This document shows positions 12,741 to 24,610 of a stretch of DNA of 64,000 nt, piece by piece. The stretch is from Chiloscyllium plagiosum. Taxonomy: Eukaryota. The translations under genes were made by a program, and so were the position numbers. The notes beneath the pieces were generated by a model. That model did not search any database, was not told the origin of the DNA, and saw nothing but the letters and a program-made list of their open reading frames with translations. The DNA lies in NCBI RefSeq assembly GCF_004010195.1, contig NC_057728.1:54656719-54720718 (forward strand), read 5' to 3'. How positions within the stretch are numbered: position 1 is the first letter of the stretch; each line of letters begins with the position of its first letter.

Positions 12741-12823
12741 GTGTTGGTTACTCAAAGCCACTGACCAATTTAGGTCCTTTTACTTTATTTGTGCCCACCA
12801 ACAAGGCCTTTAAAGCAGTTGAT
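12741..12823 (+). CDS. STAB2: STAB2 window-exon 6 (FAS1-1, H1 motif)
   Basis: cttaccag|GT..GAT|gtaagt; GVGYSKPLTNLGPFTLFVPTNKAFKAVD; 83 nt, phase 1-0. Confidence 0.93.
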
Positions 12824-13182
12824 GTAAGTTACTTGAAGTGAACTAATGACAATCATTCCTCTTTATGATTTTTCTTTGGGAGAATTTACACAGAGCAAGA
12901 AGAGGGAAGTGACTGCTGGAGCATGGACACCTGAGCCCTCACTTTACACTGCATCATCAATAGCATGTAGGATGTGTTAGCACAGTCGTTTGGCCACGCA
13001 CTAAATGTCACATTCCCCATCTTGTCAAATTTGGATGGTTGAGGGTCCACATGCAAACAGGGGTGAGGGGAGAGGTGTGCAGTTCTTAGCGAGTAACCAT
13101 AATATATTCAGCCAGAAGCATTCCAAGTTGCAACTACATGCATGGTTATACTAAAAAAAAAGTATCCTTTTAATTTTATTAG

Positions 13183-13199
13183 ACTCCCTCTGCTGGCAC
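13183..13199 (-). promoter_or_regulatory. Candidate CTCF site
   Basis: Minus strand TGCCAGCAGAGGGAGT; motif match only. Confidence 0.3.
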
Positions 13200-13282
13200 A
13201 TGCATGTCTGATAGCCTCAAGTGGGCAAAATGCACAATGTAATACACTGGTGATGGGTGTTTGTATCAGAGAATATCATCGT

Positions 13283-13610
13283 TGAATCCCTTTTAGTGCA
13301 GAAAGAGGTCATTCAGCCCATTAATTCTGCACCAGCCTTCCAAAGAGCATCCCACCCGCCTATCCTATCCTTGTAATTTACCATGGTTAATCCACCTAGC
13401 CTCCACACCCCTGGACACTATGGGCAATTTCCCATGGCCAATTCACCTAACCTGCACATCTTTGGACTGTGGGAGAAGCCTGAAGCATCCAAACAAAACC
13501 CACACAGACCGAGGGAGAACATGCAAACTCACACAGACAGTCACCCAAGGCTGGAGTTGAACCTGGATCCCTGGCACTATGAGACAGCAATGCTAACCAC
13601 TGAGCCAGCC
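13283..13610 (-). mobile_element. HE1-like V-SINE
   Basis: Homologous to the other copies. Confidence 0.8.
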
Positions 13611-14125
13611 CAGGAGAAGGAGGTTACATCAAGTCAGGTGAAGGGATTCCATTTAAAGTTACAAAGAGCCAGACCTTCCTGACATCTTTTTGCAATCTAA
13701 CATCTCCTGCTCACCCTAAGCATTTCCAATCATCATTGATTATTGGGTATTGCATTCGGGCCTAATCTATGCTCTTTGATGGCCGTATGAGAGATCCTAT
13801 GACAAGTGGGATCTCCTTTGTGCTTTTTTAAAAATCCCTAAATCAACACCATTAAATAAAGCAAGTTACCTGTCACCTTGCTCATTCTGGAATCTTGCTG
13901 TGCACAATTTGACTACCACACTTCCTGCATTACAACAAAAGCAACTCAACAGCTATGAGGTATTTCAAGAAGCCACGAGATTGTGAAAGGTGTTACACAA
14001 ACACAACATTTTTCTTTTTTTCTTATGCTAGTGTTCGACCCCACAATTGTACAGAAGCTCATCGGCTTGGTAACAGCATGTAATATAAATGTTTCTCCTA
14101 ATAATTATCTCACATTTTAATCCAG

Positions 14126-14275
14126 TTAAACAGGATCTTGACAGACAAGGACAGAACACAGTACCTTGCAAAGCTGCACATCATTGCTGGCCAGCTTAGC
14201 ATTGCAGATTTAAACGCCACCAATTCATTTTATACTTTGACTGGGAGATCAGGAGTGACCATACTTAGAGAGAAG
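14126..14275 (+). CDS. STAB2: STAB2 window-exon 7 (FAS1-1)
   Basis: aatccag|TTA..AAG|gtgagc; LNRILTDKDRTQYLAKLHIIAGQLSIADLNATNSFYTLTGRSGVTILREK; 150 nt. Confidence 0.92.
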
Positions 14276-15495
14276 GTGAGCTTGTGATATGAAGGAAGTG
14301 TGTTTTAATAATTGCAAAGAAAACCATATTTACTGCTAATCTCTAAACTCCTTTCAGTGGAGAAGCAAGTTTGATGACTATTGGACTACTGCTGCTCCTG
14401 GTTCTTATATTCTTAATTAAATCACTATTTATTCGGGACAATAAATATTTTTTATTTATTCCAGTAAAATTTCTATTTTTGTACCTAATCTATTTTAGTG
14501 GCTGAGATTGGTACCTGGGTACTTTGTAAGTAAGATGGTGTTGCATGCAACAACATTATTTACATTTTACTGTACTTCTGTACTTTGTACTTGAGTGCAC
14601 ATGGCAATAAACCTAATTCTAATTTCTTGATATTTGTGCCGAACAAATTCAACTGCGTAGGAACCTATAATTGTGAGTGTCAGTCCAAATTCAGGGTTTA
14701 TTTGGACTTATGAAAAGTGGGAAATGAAACTCCTGGCAGGGGATAACTTTGCTCCAAGTGCAATACCAAATATCAAAAGTAAATTCTACTGTCTCATGTC
14801 AGGCTTTATCCCTGGGAAAATTCTGGCAGATTTTGGGACAGCAACTGTAGGTGTTTTCTATTACACACCTCTGGAGCAGTTGGGACTTGAACCTGGAGCC
14901 TCCTGGCTCAGAGGCAGGGATGTTACCAGGGTTATACCAAGAGATTACAGTGTAAAGGAAGTAACTGGATTGTCAGTTTTCATGACACATTTCAATGTAA
15001 TCATTTGGTCTCACTTTGAACATCTGAAGGGTCCAAAGAGGAATTCGGTATCCCTTTGGTCACTCCCACAAGATTCCAAGAGGTTGAGGTATGTTTTGTA
15101 GGGGATTTGTAGGAGGTATGCAGGTATGAGGGCATTATGTTTTGTGGGATAAGGTTGATAAACCAACTAGTTTTTTATCTAGCAGTTTCCATTCGATCAA
15201 ATATCAGGCTGGTGAATAATCAAGAGTGCACAACAGAGATCCCAATGATTATTCTTATCCAGTGGTCATTGTGTGTTACCGTTCACTGACAGGGCCTGGG
15301 TATCTGTGGTACAATGGATAGTGTTGGTACAGGCTCCTCTCCATTATGCAGCTGACCAGGAATTCCTTACTCCCTGTCCTTGACATGTGTTGGGAGGACT
15401 TACAAGTTAATAACAACCTGTGTGGCTGCATTAACCAATGGTGGCATTGTGGCAACAAACTAGGGACAACAAGCATTTCAGAAGCTTCCCAGTCA

Positions 15496-15828
15496 GAATC
15501 ATAGAATCCCTACTGTGTGCAAAAAGGCCCTGCGGCCCATCAAGTCCACACTGACCCTCCGAAGAATAACCCACTCAGCCCCATTCCCTACTATCCGATA
15601 GTTACCCTGATTAATGCACCAAACTTACACATCCCTGAACACAATTTAGCTTGGCCAATTCACCTAACCTGCACATGTTTGGGTTGTTGGGGGAAACCGG
15701 ATCACCCGAAGGAAACCCAGGCAGACACAGGGAGAATGTGCAAACTCCACACAGACAGTCACCCAAGGGTGAGATCAAACCCGGGTCCCTAGCACTGTGA
15801 GGCAGCAGTGATAACCACTGAGCCACCG
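15496..15828 (-). mobile_element. HE1-like V-SINE
   Basis: Homologous to the other copies. Confidence 0.8.
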
Positions 15829-16235
15829 ATTTGTATCATCAAATGCAAAACATGGGCCATTATCTCTAGATAAACAAAGCAAGGCTAAGCACTGATGGAC
15901 TTCATTCACACAGTTTATCTCGATTGTATGTCTCGTTCTACAAGCTTAAGGATCAGGATAAAGTTGTAATGCTGTAGCATATTTGATTGATTGGAAATGT
16001 GTACAAACGTGCATTCACCTCGGGCTGTGTTCATACTACAGCCATAATGGTGTAAAGCAGTTGGATTCACACAAAATTAAAAAGATGCAATTTATATCTA
16101 AATTCAAGGTTCAGTGGCTCAGATATGAAGAAGAGTGAGATTCCACAGAGGGGGAACAGTTGCTGTCTCACTCCTTATGAATAGGCTGTGCCCATAACAC
16201 TACAGTTATAGTGTAAATGCAGTCCGAAAGAACAA

Positions 16236-16825
16236 CAATGGGAATAGAATACAAGAGTAGGGACGTGGTGCTGAATTTGTACAAGACACTTGTTAGATTT
16301 CAGCTGGAGTATTGTATACAGTTGTGGGTGCCACATCATAGGCAAGATTTGAATGCAATGGAGAGAAGGCATAAGCAATTGACCAGAATAGTTCCAGGAA
16401 TGAGAAACTTCAGCCATGAAGACAGATTGAAGAAGTTGATTGTTCTTCCAGGAGCCTAGAAGGCTATCGGGAGACCTGATTGAAGTTTTAAAATCATGAG
16501 CAGCCAGACAGAGCAGATCAGCTGAAGCTCTTTCCACTTGTAAAAAAAAGTAATGAGAATGCGTAGATTTAATGAAATACAAGTGATATGAGGAAAAGCT
16601 TTCTCCCACAGTGGATTGTTGGGCTACGGAATGCACTGCCTTGAAGTGTGGTGGAGGCAGGTTCAATTGGGGCATTCAAGAGGGAGTTGGATGATTAATT
16701 AGATAGTAATGGTGTACAGGGAAATGGGGAATAGGCAGGAGATTGGCAGCAGGGGATAGTATCAGTGTCGGTACAACGGGCAAAATAGCCTTCTTCTGCA
16801 CTGTAATAATTGTGATTCTGTGACT
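16236..16825 (+). mobile_element. CR1-type LINE 3' fragment
   Basis: GIEYKSRDVVLNLYKTLVRFQLEYCIQLWVPHHRQD. Confidence 0.8.
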
Positions 16826-17184
16826 CAGAGGAAACTGTAAGTAAGACAATGTACTAAGAGTTGTAGGTGGATTCTCAAAATTCATGAACTTCCTTCCTAA
16901 CCCCATATAGCCTTCATCAGTTCAAGAACACAGCTCACCCCCACCTTGTCAACAGCAATGAGGGAATGGGCAATAAATGTGGGCCCAGCCAGTGATACCC
17001 ATTGCCTATGAAAGAATAAATAAAAAGCAGTCCCAAAGAAGACTGGGCTGAAAATGTTAACTGTTTCTCTCTTTACGCATTCTGCCAGATCTGCTGAGTT
17101 TCACCAGCACTGTCTGCTTCTATATGTATTTCTCTATGTGTTTTAGTTGTGTTTATGGTTATCTTTTGTGTTTTTCTTTTTTAG

Positions 17185-17328
17185 TCTAACCAGCTAAAGC
17201 TGCGCATTTACGGAAACAGTAAGAAAGCACGGATCCTGACTGGGAATGTCATTGCCTCTAATGGTTTGCTACACATTATTGACAAAGTGATGGATGGTAT
17301 TGAACCCACAGTTAAAAGTAGCAAAGAG
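17185..17328 (+). CDS. STAB2: STAB2 window-exon 8 (FAS1-1, H2 motif)
   Basis: tttttag|TCT..GAG|gtaaag; SNQLKLRIYGNSKKARILTGNVIASNGLLHIIDKVMDGIEPTVKSSKE; 144 nt. Confidence 0.93.
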
Positions 17329-18399
17329 GTAAAGTCACATACCTGCTTTATGTCTTTAATTATAAGCATGAAAACTACTCTGTTTGAATGCTTTATCCCA
17401 TAGCACCATAAGACATAGGAACCAAAGAAGGCCATTCAGCCTATCAAGTCTGCTCTGTCACTCAATGAAATGATAATCCTGATCTCTGCTTTCCTGCATT
17501 AACCCCATCATCCTTGATTCTCTTAATGATTAAAAATCTCTCTATCTCAGCATTGAATATATTTAATGACTCAGCCTCGACAGTCCGCTGTGTTAAAGCA
17601 TTTCACATATTCACCACCACCTGAGAGAAGAAATGCCTCCTCAACTCTATCCTAATTGGATGACTCCTTTCCTTTGGTTCGAGACTGTCCTGCAAAGGGG
17701 GAAAACTCTTTGGATCTGCCTTGTCAAGCCCTCTATGAATCTTATATGTTTCAATAAGGTCACAACTCATTTTTCTACTGATTCAACAGTCTAACAGGAC
17801 ATTGCTTTACAGTGGCAACAAATATTCTCTTTTCAGGATGGGCATTATGTAGGAGATTTGACTTGATTTATTATTGGCACATGCACCTAGGTACAGTGAA
17901 AAGTTTTGTTTTGAATGGAGGACAGGCAGAATATACAATACAAAATGCATTAGGGTCATAAAACAGAACAAAGAATACAATGTTATGGCTGCAGAGAAAG
18001 TGCACAAAGAGTGAGATCAACATTAAATTTAAATTTAACAGAGACTAGTTTGGTGATTAAGGATAAAACAAGCAAACCTAAATTTATGGGTTTATAGTCC
18101 CACAATGATAAATGGTGAAGCTGATTAGGAATCAGCCAACACTAACAAAGAGTGGTGAAAGTTGATGCACTGTCATAAAAATCCAGCTGGTTTGCTATGT
18201 CCTTCAGGAATGGGAGTCTGTCCCCTCATTATTCTTTACATGATTCCCATCTCATAGCATGCAATTGATTCTTAGTCCCTATTGCTAATTTAAAGATTGG
18301 CAATAAATTATTAGTTTGACCCACATCCCACGACTAAATTAGAAGAACTACCTGGATGTGATTCATCAATGCGAATTAGTCTATAATCACTGATTAATG

Positions 18400-19365
18400 A
18401 AATCAAAAATTGCTGGAGAAACTCAGCAGGTATGGCAGTGTCTGTGGAGAATGTAACAGAGTTAACGTTTCAAGTCCAACATGGCTTTTTATCAGAACTG
18501 AAAGGTGTTGGAAAATTGTGCTTTTTATGTGATTGACAGACGGGGAGGAAGAGCGAGTGGAGCAGATTGTGAAGATATCCTGAGCAAAATGGAAAGACAG
18601 TGCTTATGGTAATAAAGGAGAGATAGAGTGTAAAATGGGTGCAGATCATGGGTTCTTTTGATGTTTCCTCTCTGATGACAAACGATCTGTGCTAAGCAAA
18701 GAAGTTTGTTCTATATCTTTACATCCCCAACTCAAAGAATTTTGGGCACCAAATAACACTGAACTCATCTTTCATCGTCTTCGCTGACCTCTTTGAACAG
18801 GAATCCTCCCCTTCCACCCTTTCACCCATCTCCATTATCCCCTGACCATGTGAACCCCACTCTATGGCCTATCGCCAGCCCATGATTTCTTTATTGTGAC
18901 CATTATCACAGCCTTGGTCTTTAGCTCTGAGCACTCTCACAATCTGTTCCACTCATTCCTCCTCCACATCTGTCAACAGCTTTAAAACCACCACTTTACA
19001 ACCCCTTTCCATTCTGAAGAAGAGGCATACTGGACTTGAGATGTTAACTCTTGTCTCTCTGCCCACACATGCCGAGTCAAAAAGTGTGGTGCTGAAAAAG
19101 CACAGCAGGTCAGGCAGCATCCGAAAAGCAGGAGAATTGATATTTCAGGGAAAAGCCGTACATCAGGGCTTATGCCCGAAATGTCGATTCTCCTGCTCCT
19201 CGGATGCTGCCTGACCTGCTGTGCTTTTCCAGCGCCATACTTTGCGACTTTGACTCCAGCATCTGCAGTCCTCACTTTCTCCCTGTCCACACATGCTACT
19301 GAGTTTCTCCAACACTTTCAGATTTTATTTCAGATCGCCAGCATTTGCAGAATTGCGCTTGTATT
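18400..19365. mobile_element. Large inverted-repeat, probably Penelope-like relic with a nested palindromic insertion
   Basis: 18400-18625 is the inverted counterpart of 18880-19072 plus 19290-19365; nested insert at 19073-19282. Confidence 0.6.
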
Positions 19366-19947
19366 TTTATGTGAGTCTTACCATGTCTTTTGCCACTTTA
19401 ACTTAAGCAGACAGAAAATCTGAGTGCACCTCACATGCAACCTTTCCTGTTTGATTTTCTCTACCTGCTCAATGTATGTAGCATCACAGGACTGGGCCAT
19501 TCAGCCCCTTCAGCTTGTTTTTCCATTCAGTCCAATCCATTTCCTTGACTTGGTAGTATATCCATCAGTGCCCTTGCACAGCAAGAAGCCGTTAGTCTAA
19601 ATTTCAACATTTCCAATTGATCCAGAGCTTCAAGAGCTTTTTAGGAGGACAGAGGTCCAGAGATTCATTACAACTTGTGTAAAGCAGTTCTTCTTGTCGC
19701 CCTCACCCAGAAACAGCCTGCTTTAAACTTGTATCTGTTTATTCTGGTCTGCCGCCTCATTGGGAGAACATCTTCTATCTTTCTCTCTCCTGTCAATTCC
19801 TGTAATCAACTTCAACACCTCGATAAGATCACCTGTAAATCGTCTATACACAAGACCAGCCTGTGCTCAAATTTAACCCTTTCATGTTTCAGCTCTGATC
19901 AATTCCACTTCCCTGAGCTAAAGAGGAAAATCTTTCTATCTTATAGG

Positions 19948-20266
19948 AATGGCTCAGTGGTTAGCACTGCTGCCTCACAGCGCCAGGGACCCAGGTTTGA
20001 TTCCACCCTTGCACGACTGTCTGTGTAGAATTTGCACATTCTTCCCATGTCTATGTGGGTTTCCTCCCACAGACCAAAGATGTGCAAGTTAGGGTGGATT
20101 GGCCATGTTAAATTGCTCCTAGTTTCCAAGGCTGTGCAGATTAGGGGAGGATTACATGGATGGGGGTGGAGGTTGAAGGTGGTTCTGGGTTGGATGCTCT
20201 TCAGAAGGTTGGTGTGAACTCAAAGGGCTGAATGGCTTGCTTCCACACTGTAGGGATTCTATGATT
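19948..20266 (+). mobile_element. HE1-like V-SINE
   Basis: tggctcagtggttagcactgctgcctcacagcgccagggacccaggtttgattcc (A/B boxes). Confidence 0.85.
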
Positions 20267-20354
20267 CTTACGACCTCTTGATTTGTATCCAATGTTGGGC
20301 AGGTTTGTTTGGCCAAGTGATTAATAAGGTTGTGTTTTTCCCTTGCTCCCTCAG

Positions 20355-20417
20355 AAAAGCCTGTACACAATAATTTCAGAAAATGGAAAGTTTAAGAGGT
20401 TCATGGAATTACTGCAG
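20355..20417 (+). CDS. STAB2: STAB2 window-exon 9 (FAS1-2 start)
   Basis: ccctcag|AAA..CAG|gtaaga; KSLYTIISENGKFKRFMELLQ; 63 nt. Confidence 0.88.
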
Positions 20418-20670
20418 GTAAGAGTCCGTCAAACAGGATATCGCAACTTTTCAGAATAACTAATGATATCTTCAACTGTCTTCTCAAAAACCGCATTCCT
20501 TTTGGCTTCCTTAAGTCAGAACTTCAACCAGTTAATGCCACTCTTATACTGAAGTAAGAAAACTAATAATGGCCACAGCTCACCTACACAGCTTGTTCTG
20601 CTCAGTACACAATGCCTCGTGGTGGCTTTCTGTAGAACTCCCTTCATTCACAATATCCTCTTACAAACAG

Positions 20671-20787
20671 AAATGTGATCTTAACCAACTCCTCGAGACC
20701 TCTGGACCACATACAGTTTTCGTCCCAAGCAGTAGTGCCCTGGACGGGATGGAAGATGGAGGATTGGATTATTTGCTTTCAGCAGAG
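20671..20787 (+). CDS. STAB2: STAB2 window-exon 10 (FAS1-2, H1 motif)
   Basis: caaacag|AAA..GAG|gtaaca; KCDLNQLLETSGPHTVFVPSSSALDGMEDGGLDYLLSAE; 117 nt. Confidence 0.92.
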
Positions 20788-21056
20788 GTAACAAAATTAT
20801 AGATTTCTGACATGGAGATTTTATTGCAATGCGTACCTCTTCGCAGGGAGGTCTGTTGGCATATTGTCTGGCACTTTGGCAAGGGATCAGCTTTTGCAGA
20901 AGCAGCAAATTGCCAGTTTGTGTAATCACAGAAACTATGGTTTCTCTCACCCCTTGGAGTTATTTAATTGCATGTTTAAAATGGGGTGTCTGAGTACTTT
21001 ATTTTGGTATCAACCTTGACTTAGGCACAAAAGGTCATGATTCAAGACTCACTTCT

Positions 21057-21390
21057 TTAGATTAGATTACATTACTGTGTGGAAACAGGCCCTTCGGCCC
21101 AACAAGTCCACACTGACCCGCCGAAGCACAACCCACCCATACCCCTACCCCTACATTTATCCCTTACCTAACACTACAGGCAATTTTAGTATGGCCAATT
21201 CACCTGACCTGCACATCTTTGGACTGTGGGAGGAAACCGGAGCACCCGGAGGAAACCCACACAGACACGGGGAGAACATGCAAACTCCACACAATGGAGC
21301 CTGAGGTGGGAATTGAACCCGGGTCTCTGGCGCTGTGAGGCAGCAGTGCTAACCACTGTGCCACCGTGCTGCCCACGCCACCGTGCTGCC
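21057..21390 (-). mobile_element. Young HE1-like V-SINE with 7-bp TSD
   Basis: cacttct at 21050-21056 and 21391-21397; 17-bp tandem duplication at the SINE 5' end. Confidence 0.88.
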
Positions 21391-22212
21391 CACTTCTGAG
21401 CCTTATGCACGTAACCTAGGCAGCCATGACTAATACACTGACACTATCTCACTGTCAAAGTGCCATATATCAGATGATACCAAGACCTATCACCCTGTTG
21501 AGATAGATATAAGAATCTCAGTACATGGAAGAAGAGCAGTAGAGATGCCCCATTGTCCTAATGAAACTTATCCCTTGATCAGCCCTCCCGAAAGGAGGTC
21601 CTTCCCTCCTATTATTAGACTGCTCTATGCACCTCCTCTGCATTCATAACCTTTTATGCCTCACTCTGTCTAAACACCCTCTGATCTGTATGTCCTTGTT
21701 TGATATGATCTGCCTGTACTGCTCGCAAAACAAATATTTTCACTGTACTTAGGTACATGTGACAATAATAAATCAACAAATCAATAATTGTTGCTGTGGG
21801 AAATTTTATTTGGTCAACAAAACAGCAGAGACTGTGCTTCAAAGATAATTCATTCACCATGAGGGACTTTAGCATGTTATAAGGATAAGAAAGGCATTCT
21901 AAAAAGCACCAGCAAAATACCTCAGATGCTGTAAATCTGAAATAAAACAGGAAAATGCTGAAAATACTCAGAAGATCAGGAAGAAATTAGAGTCAATTCA
22001 TTTCAGATGGATGGCCATCAAAATGCAAATCTTTTGTTTAAATGGGATTCTTTTCTGAGTTTGTGAATATAGGTGAATGATAAGCTCCATGAGTCTGCCT
22101 ACTGAAAGTATAATTTTTGAAATGTGCCCCTCTCTATGTATGTAGTAATCTGTTCTATGCAGTATAAGAACTTTTTTGTGTGCATTGGTAACATCATCTC
22201 TTTCCTGTTCAG

Positions 22213-22266
22213 GGAAAACAGAAGCTTAAGGAGTTGGTGAAACATCACATTATTCCTAAGACTGAG
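22213..22266 (+). CDS. STAB2: STAB2 window-exon 11 (FAS1-2)
   Basis: tgttcag|GGA..GAG|gtgagt; GKQKLKELVKHHIIPKTE; 54 nt. Confidence 0.9.
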
Positions 22267-23009
22267 GTGAGTTCTTCTTTACTCAGAAAACATTTGTGGA
22301 AATAAAAAGCCAAAAGAAAAAAATACCATGGATACTGGAAATCTGCAATAAGAACAGAACATGCTGGAAAAACTCAGCTGGTTAGGGCAGCATCTGTGGA
22401 GAAACAGAATTATTTCTCCCCCCTCCCCCCGAGGCTCCCAGCCTCATTCCTGATGGAGGGCTCTGGCCTGAAATGTCGATTTTTCTGCTCCTCGGATGCT
22501 GCCTGACCTACTGTGCTTTTCCGTAACACATCCTCAACTTTAATGTTTCAATGACCTTTCATCGGAAAGGAAAACTAATTTAGAAGTGGACAGAGAACTT
22601 GGGTAAAAGATGGGGAGGCAGGAAAGTGTGATGAAGATATTAGATGAAGGAACAAGAGGGAGATGGCCTTTGGTAAAGAAGAAAGGCAGGAAGGGTTAAA
22701 TGATAAAATGGATGATTGCGTGAGCTAAAAGGAACAAAAAACAAGAGGTAATCACAGAACAGATCCATACAGAAAGATGCCACACAGCCCATTGTGTGTA
22801 TGATGGCTCTCCAAATGAGCGTTCACTCAGTGCCATTGTAGTTTTGTATTTTCTTTCTTTTCAGATAACCATCCTATTCCCATTTGAAAGCACTAATTGA
22901 ACCTGCCTCACCACACACTCAGGCTGTCCATTCCAGACCCGGATCACACATTCAATGAGGAAGTTTCTTTCCCTCATATCACTTCTGCTTCTTTGATGAA
23001 TTACTTCAA

Positions 23010-23378
23010 ATCATAGAATCCTGCAGTGTTGGAAGTAGGCTATTCAGCCCATCAAGACCACACCGACCCTCCAAAGAGCATCCCTCACAGACCCACTCTA
23101 TCCATGTCACCCTGTATTTCCTGTGGCTAATCTACCTATCCTGAACATCCCTGCACACCATGGCCAGTCCACCTAACCTCTACCTCTTTGAACTGGGGGA
23201 GGAAACTGGAGCAGCCAGAGGAAACTCCACACAGACATGGGGAGAATGTTCAAACTCTACACAGACATGGGAAGAATGTCCAAACTCCACACAGACACTC
23301 ACCTCAGGCTGGAATTGAACCCAGGTCCCTGGTGCTGAGAGGCAGCAGTGCTAACCACTGAGCCACTTTGCCACCCCA
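23010..23378 (-). mobile_element. HE1-like V-SINE with internal ~30-bp duplication
   Basis: aactccacacagacatggggagaatgt repeated at 23224-23297. Confidence 0.8.
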
Positions 23379-23799
23379 GTGCAAACATTTACTCACTATT
23401 TTCTCTGTTGCGCAAACCTTTTGTGATTTCGAATGCTTCAGTCATTTCTGCACACTGTCATCTCTTGTCCAAGGAAGAATTGTCCCAGCTTCTATAATCT
23501 TTCTTCAAATCCGAAACTCCTCATTCCTGGAACTATTCCTGTAAACTTTTTCTATATTCTCTCCAATGTCCTCACGCCCTTCCTATAGTGTGGTGCTGAT
23601 AACTGGTCACTCGAGTCAAGCTGTAAACGGCAACATCAGAATCAATGCTAGTATGCACTGTCCGATGAAATGGGATCAGTGGCTATGGTCTAAAATTATT
23701 ATGTGCTGTGAAGACTATACAGTACCTTCAGAATGCATGCAGTATGAGGAATTAATTTTTATATAGCGATCAGAAATACAATGTTTGAAAGGCTAGAGG

Positions 23800-24069
23800 T
23801 TTTTTTACGACCTCTACCATCGGGGAGAAGGTACAGAAGCCTGAACACATGCACCAGCCGGTTTCGAAACAGTTTCTACCCAACTGTTGTTAGAATACTA
23901 AATGGACTCACAAACTCTTAACATTCGCCTGTACCTGTGTTTTTGTTTTTGCCGCTGTTTACCTATTATCTACTTATCTATGCTACTTAACTCTGTGATC
24001 TGCCTGTATTGCTCGCAAGGCAAAGCTTTTCACTGTGCCTCAGTACACGTGACAATAAATTCAATTCAA
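23800..24069 (+). mobile_element. 5'-truncated Rex1/Babar-type LINE 3' end
   Basis: Near-identical to the reverse complement of 37836-38090; (AATTC)n tail; tagagg on both sides (probable TSD). Confidence 0.8.
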
Positions 24070-24529
24070 TAGAGGAAACAGATCTTGCAATGCATTCAAA
24101 AGAGCATTTGGGAAATACTTGCAGTAAAAAGTCAGGGGATTAGGGTCAACTGTAAATCTTTATCAAAGATCTGACATTGTCATCGCTGATTATAATGGAT
24201 GGCAAAGACAGAAATGTCACAAATTGCAGTAACCCAGTGGAAGGGTAATGCTAAAATTGATCCTGAGATTGTTCTTGTGTACAAGATCAGGGACAGGGAT
24301 GTTGAAGGGAGAATGAGGCAGAGGTGTTTGTTAAAATGGGAAGTTACAAACAGCTGAGCACCAGGGCTATTGCAGACAGGATGAAAGATTTAGACACAGC
24401 TAACACCCATTCTGAATGTGGTCTCCCAAACATAGAGAAGGTTGCACATTAAGCAATGAAAACGGCATATTGAATTAGCTGAACAAGAGTGATTTATTCC
24501 TCACACTGTTTTTCTTCTGTATAAACCAG

Positions 24530-24610
24530 CTGGAAGTTTCAAGTCTTCTCTCTTCACCCACCATCCTGAGCTTAGCAAATCAGCGGGTGACATTGAATGT
24601 GAGCTACAAT
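24530..24610 (+). CDS. STAB2: STAB2 window-exon 12 (FAS1-2)
   Basis: aaaccag|CTG..AAT|gtaagt; LEVSSLLSSPTILSLANQRVTLNVSYN; 81 nt. Confidence 0.9.
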
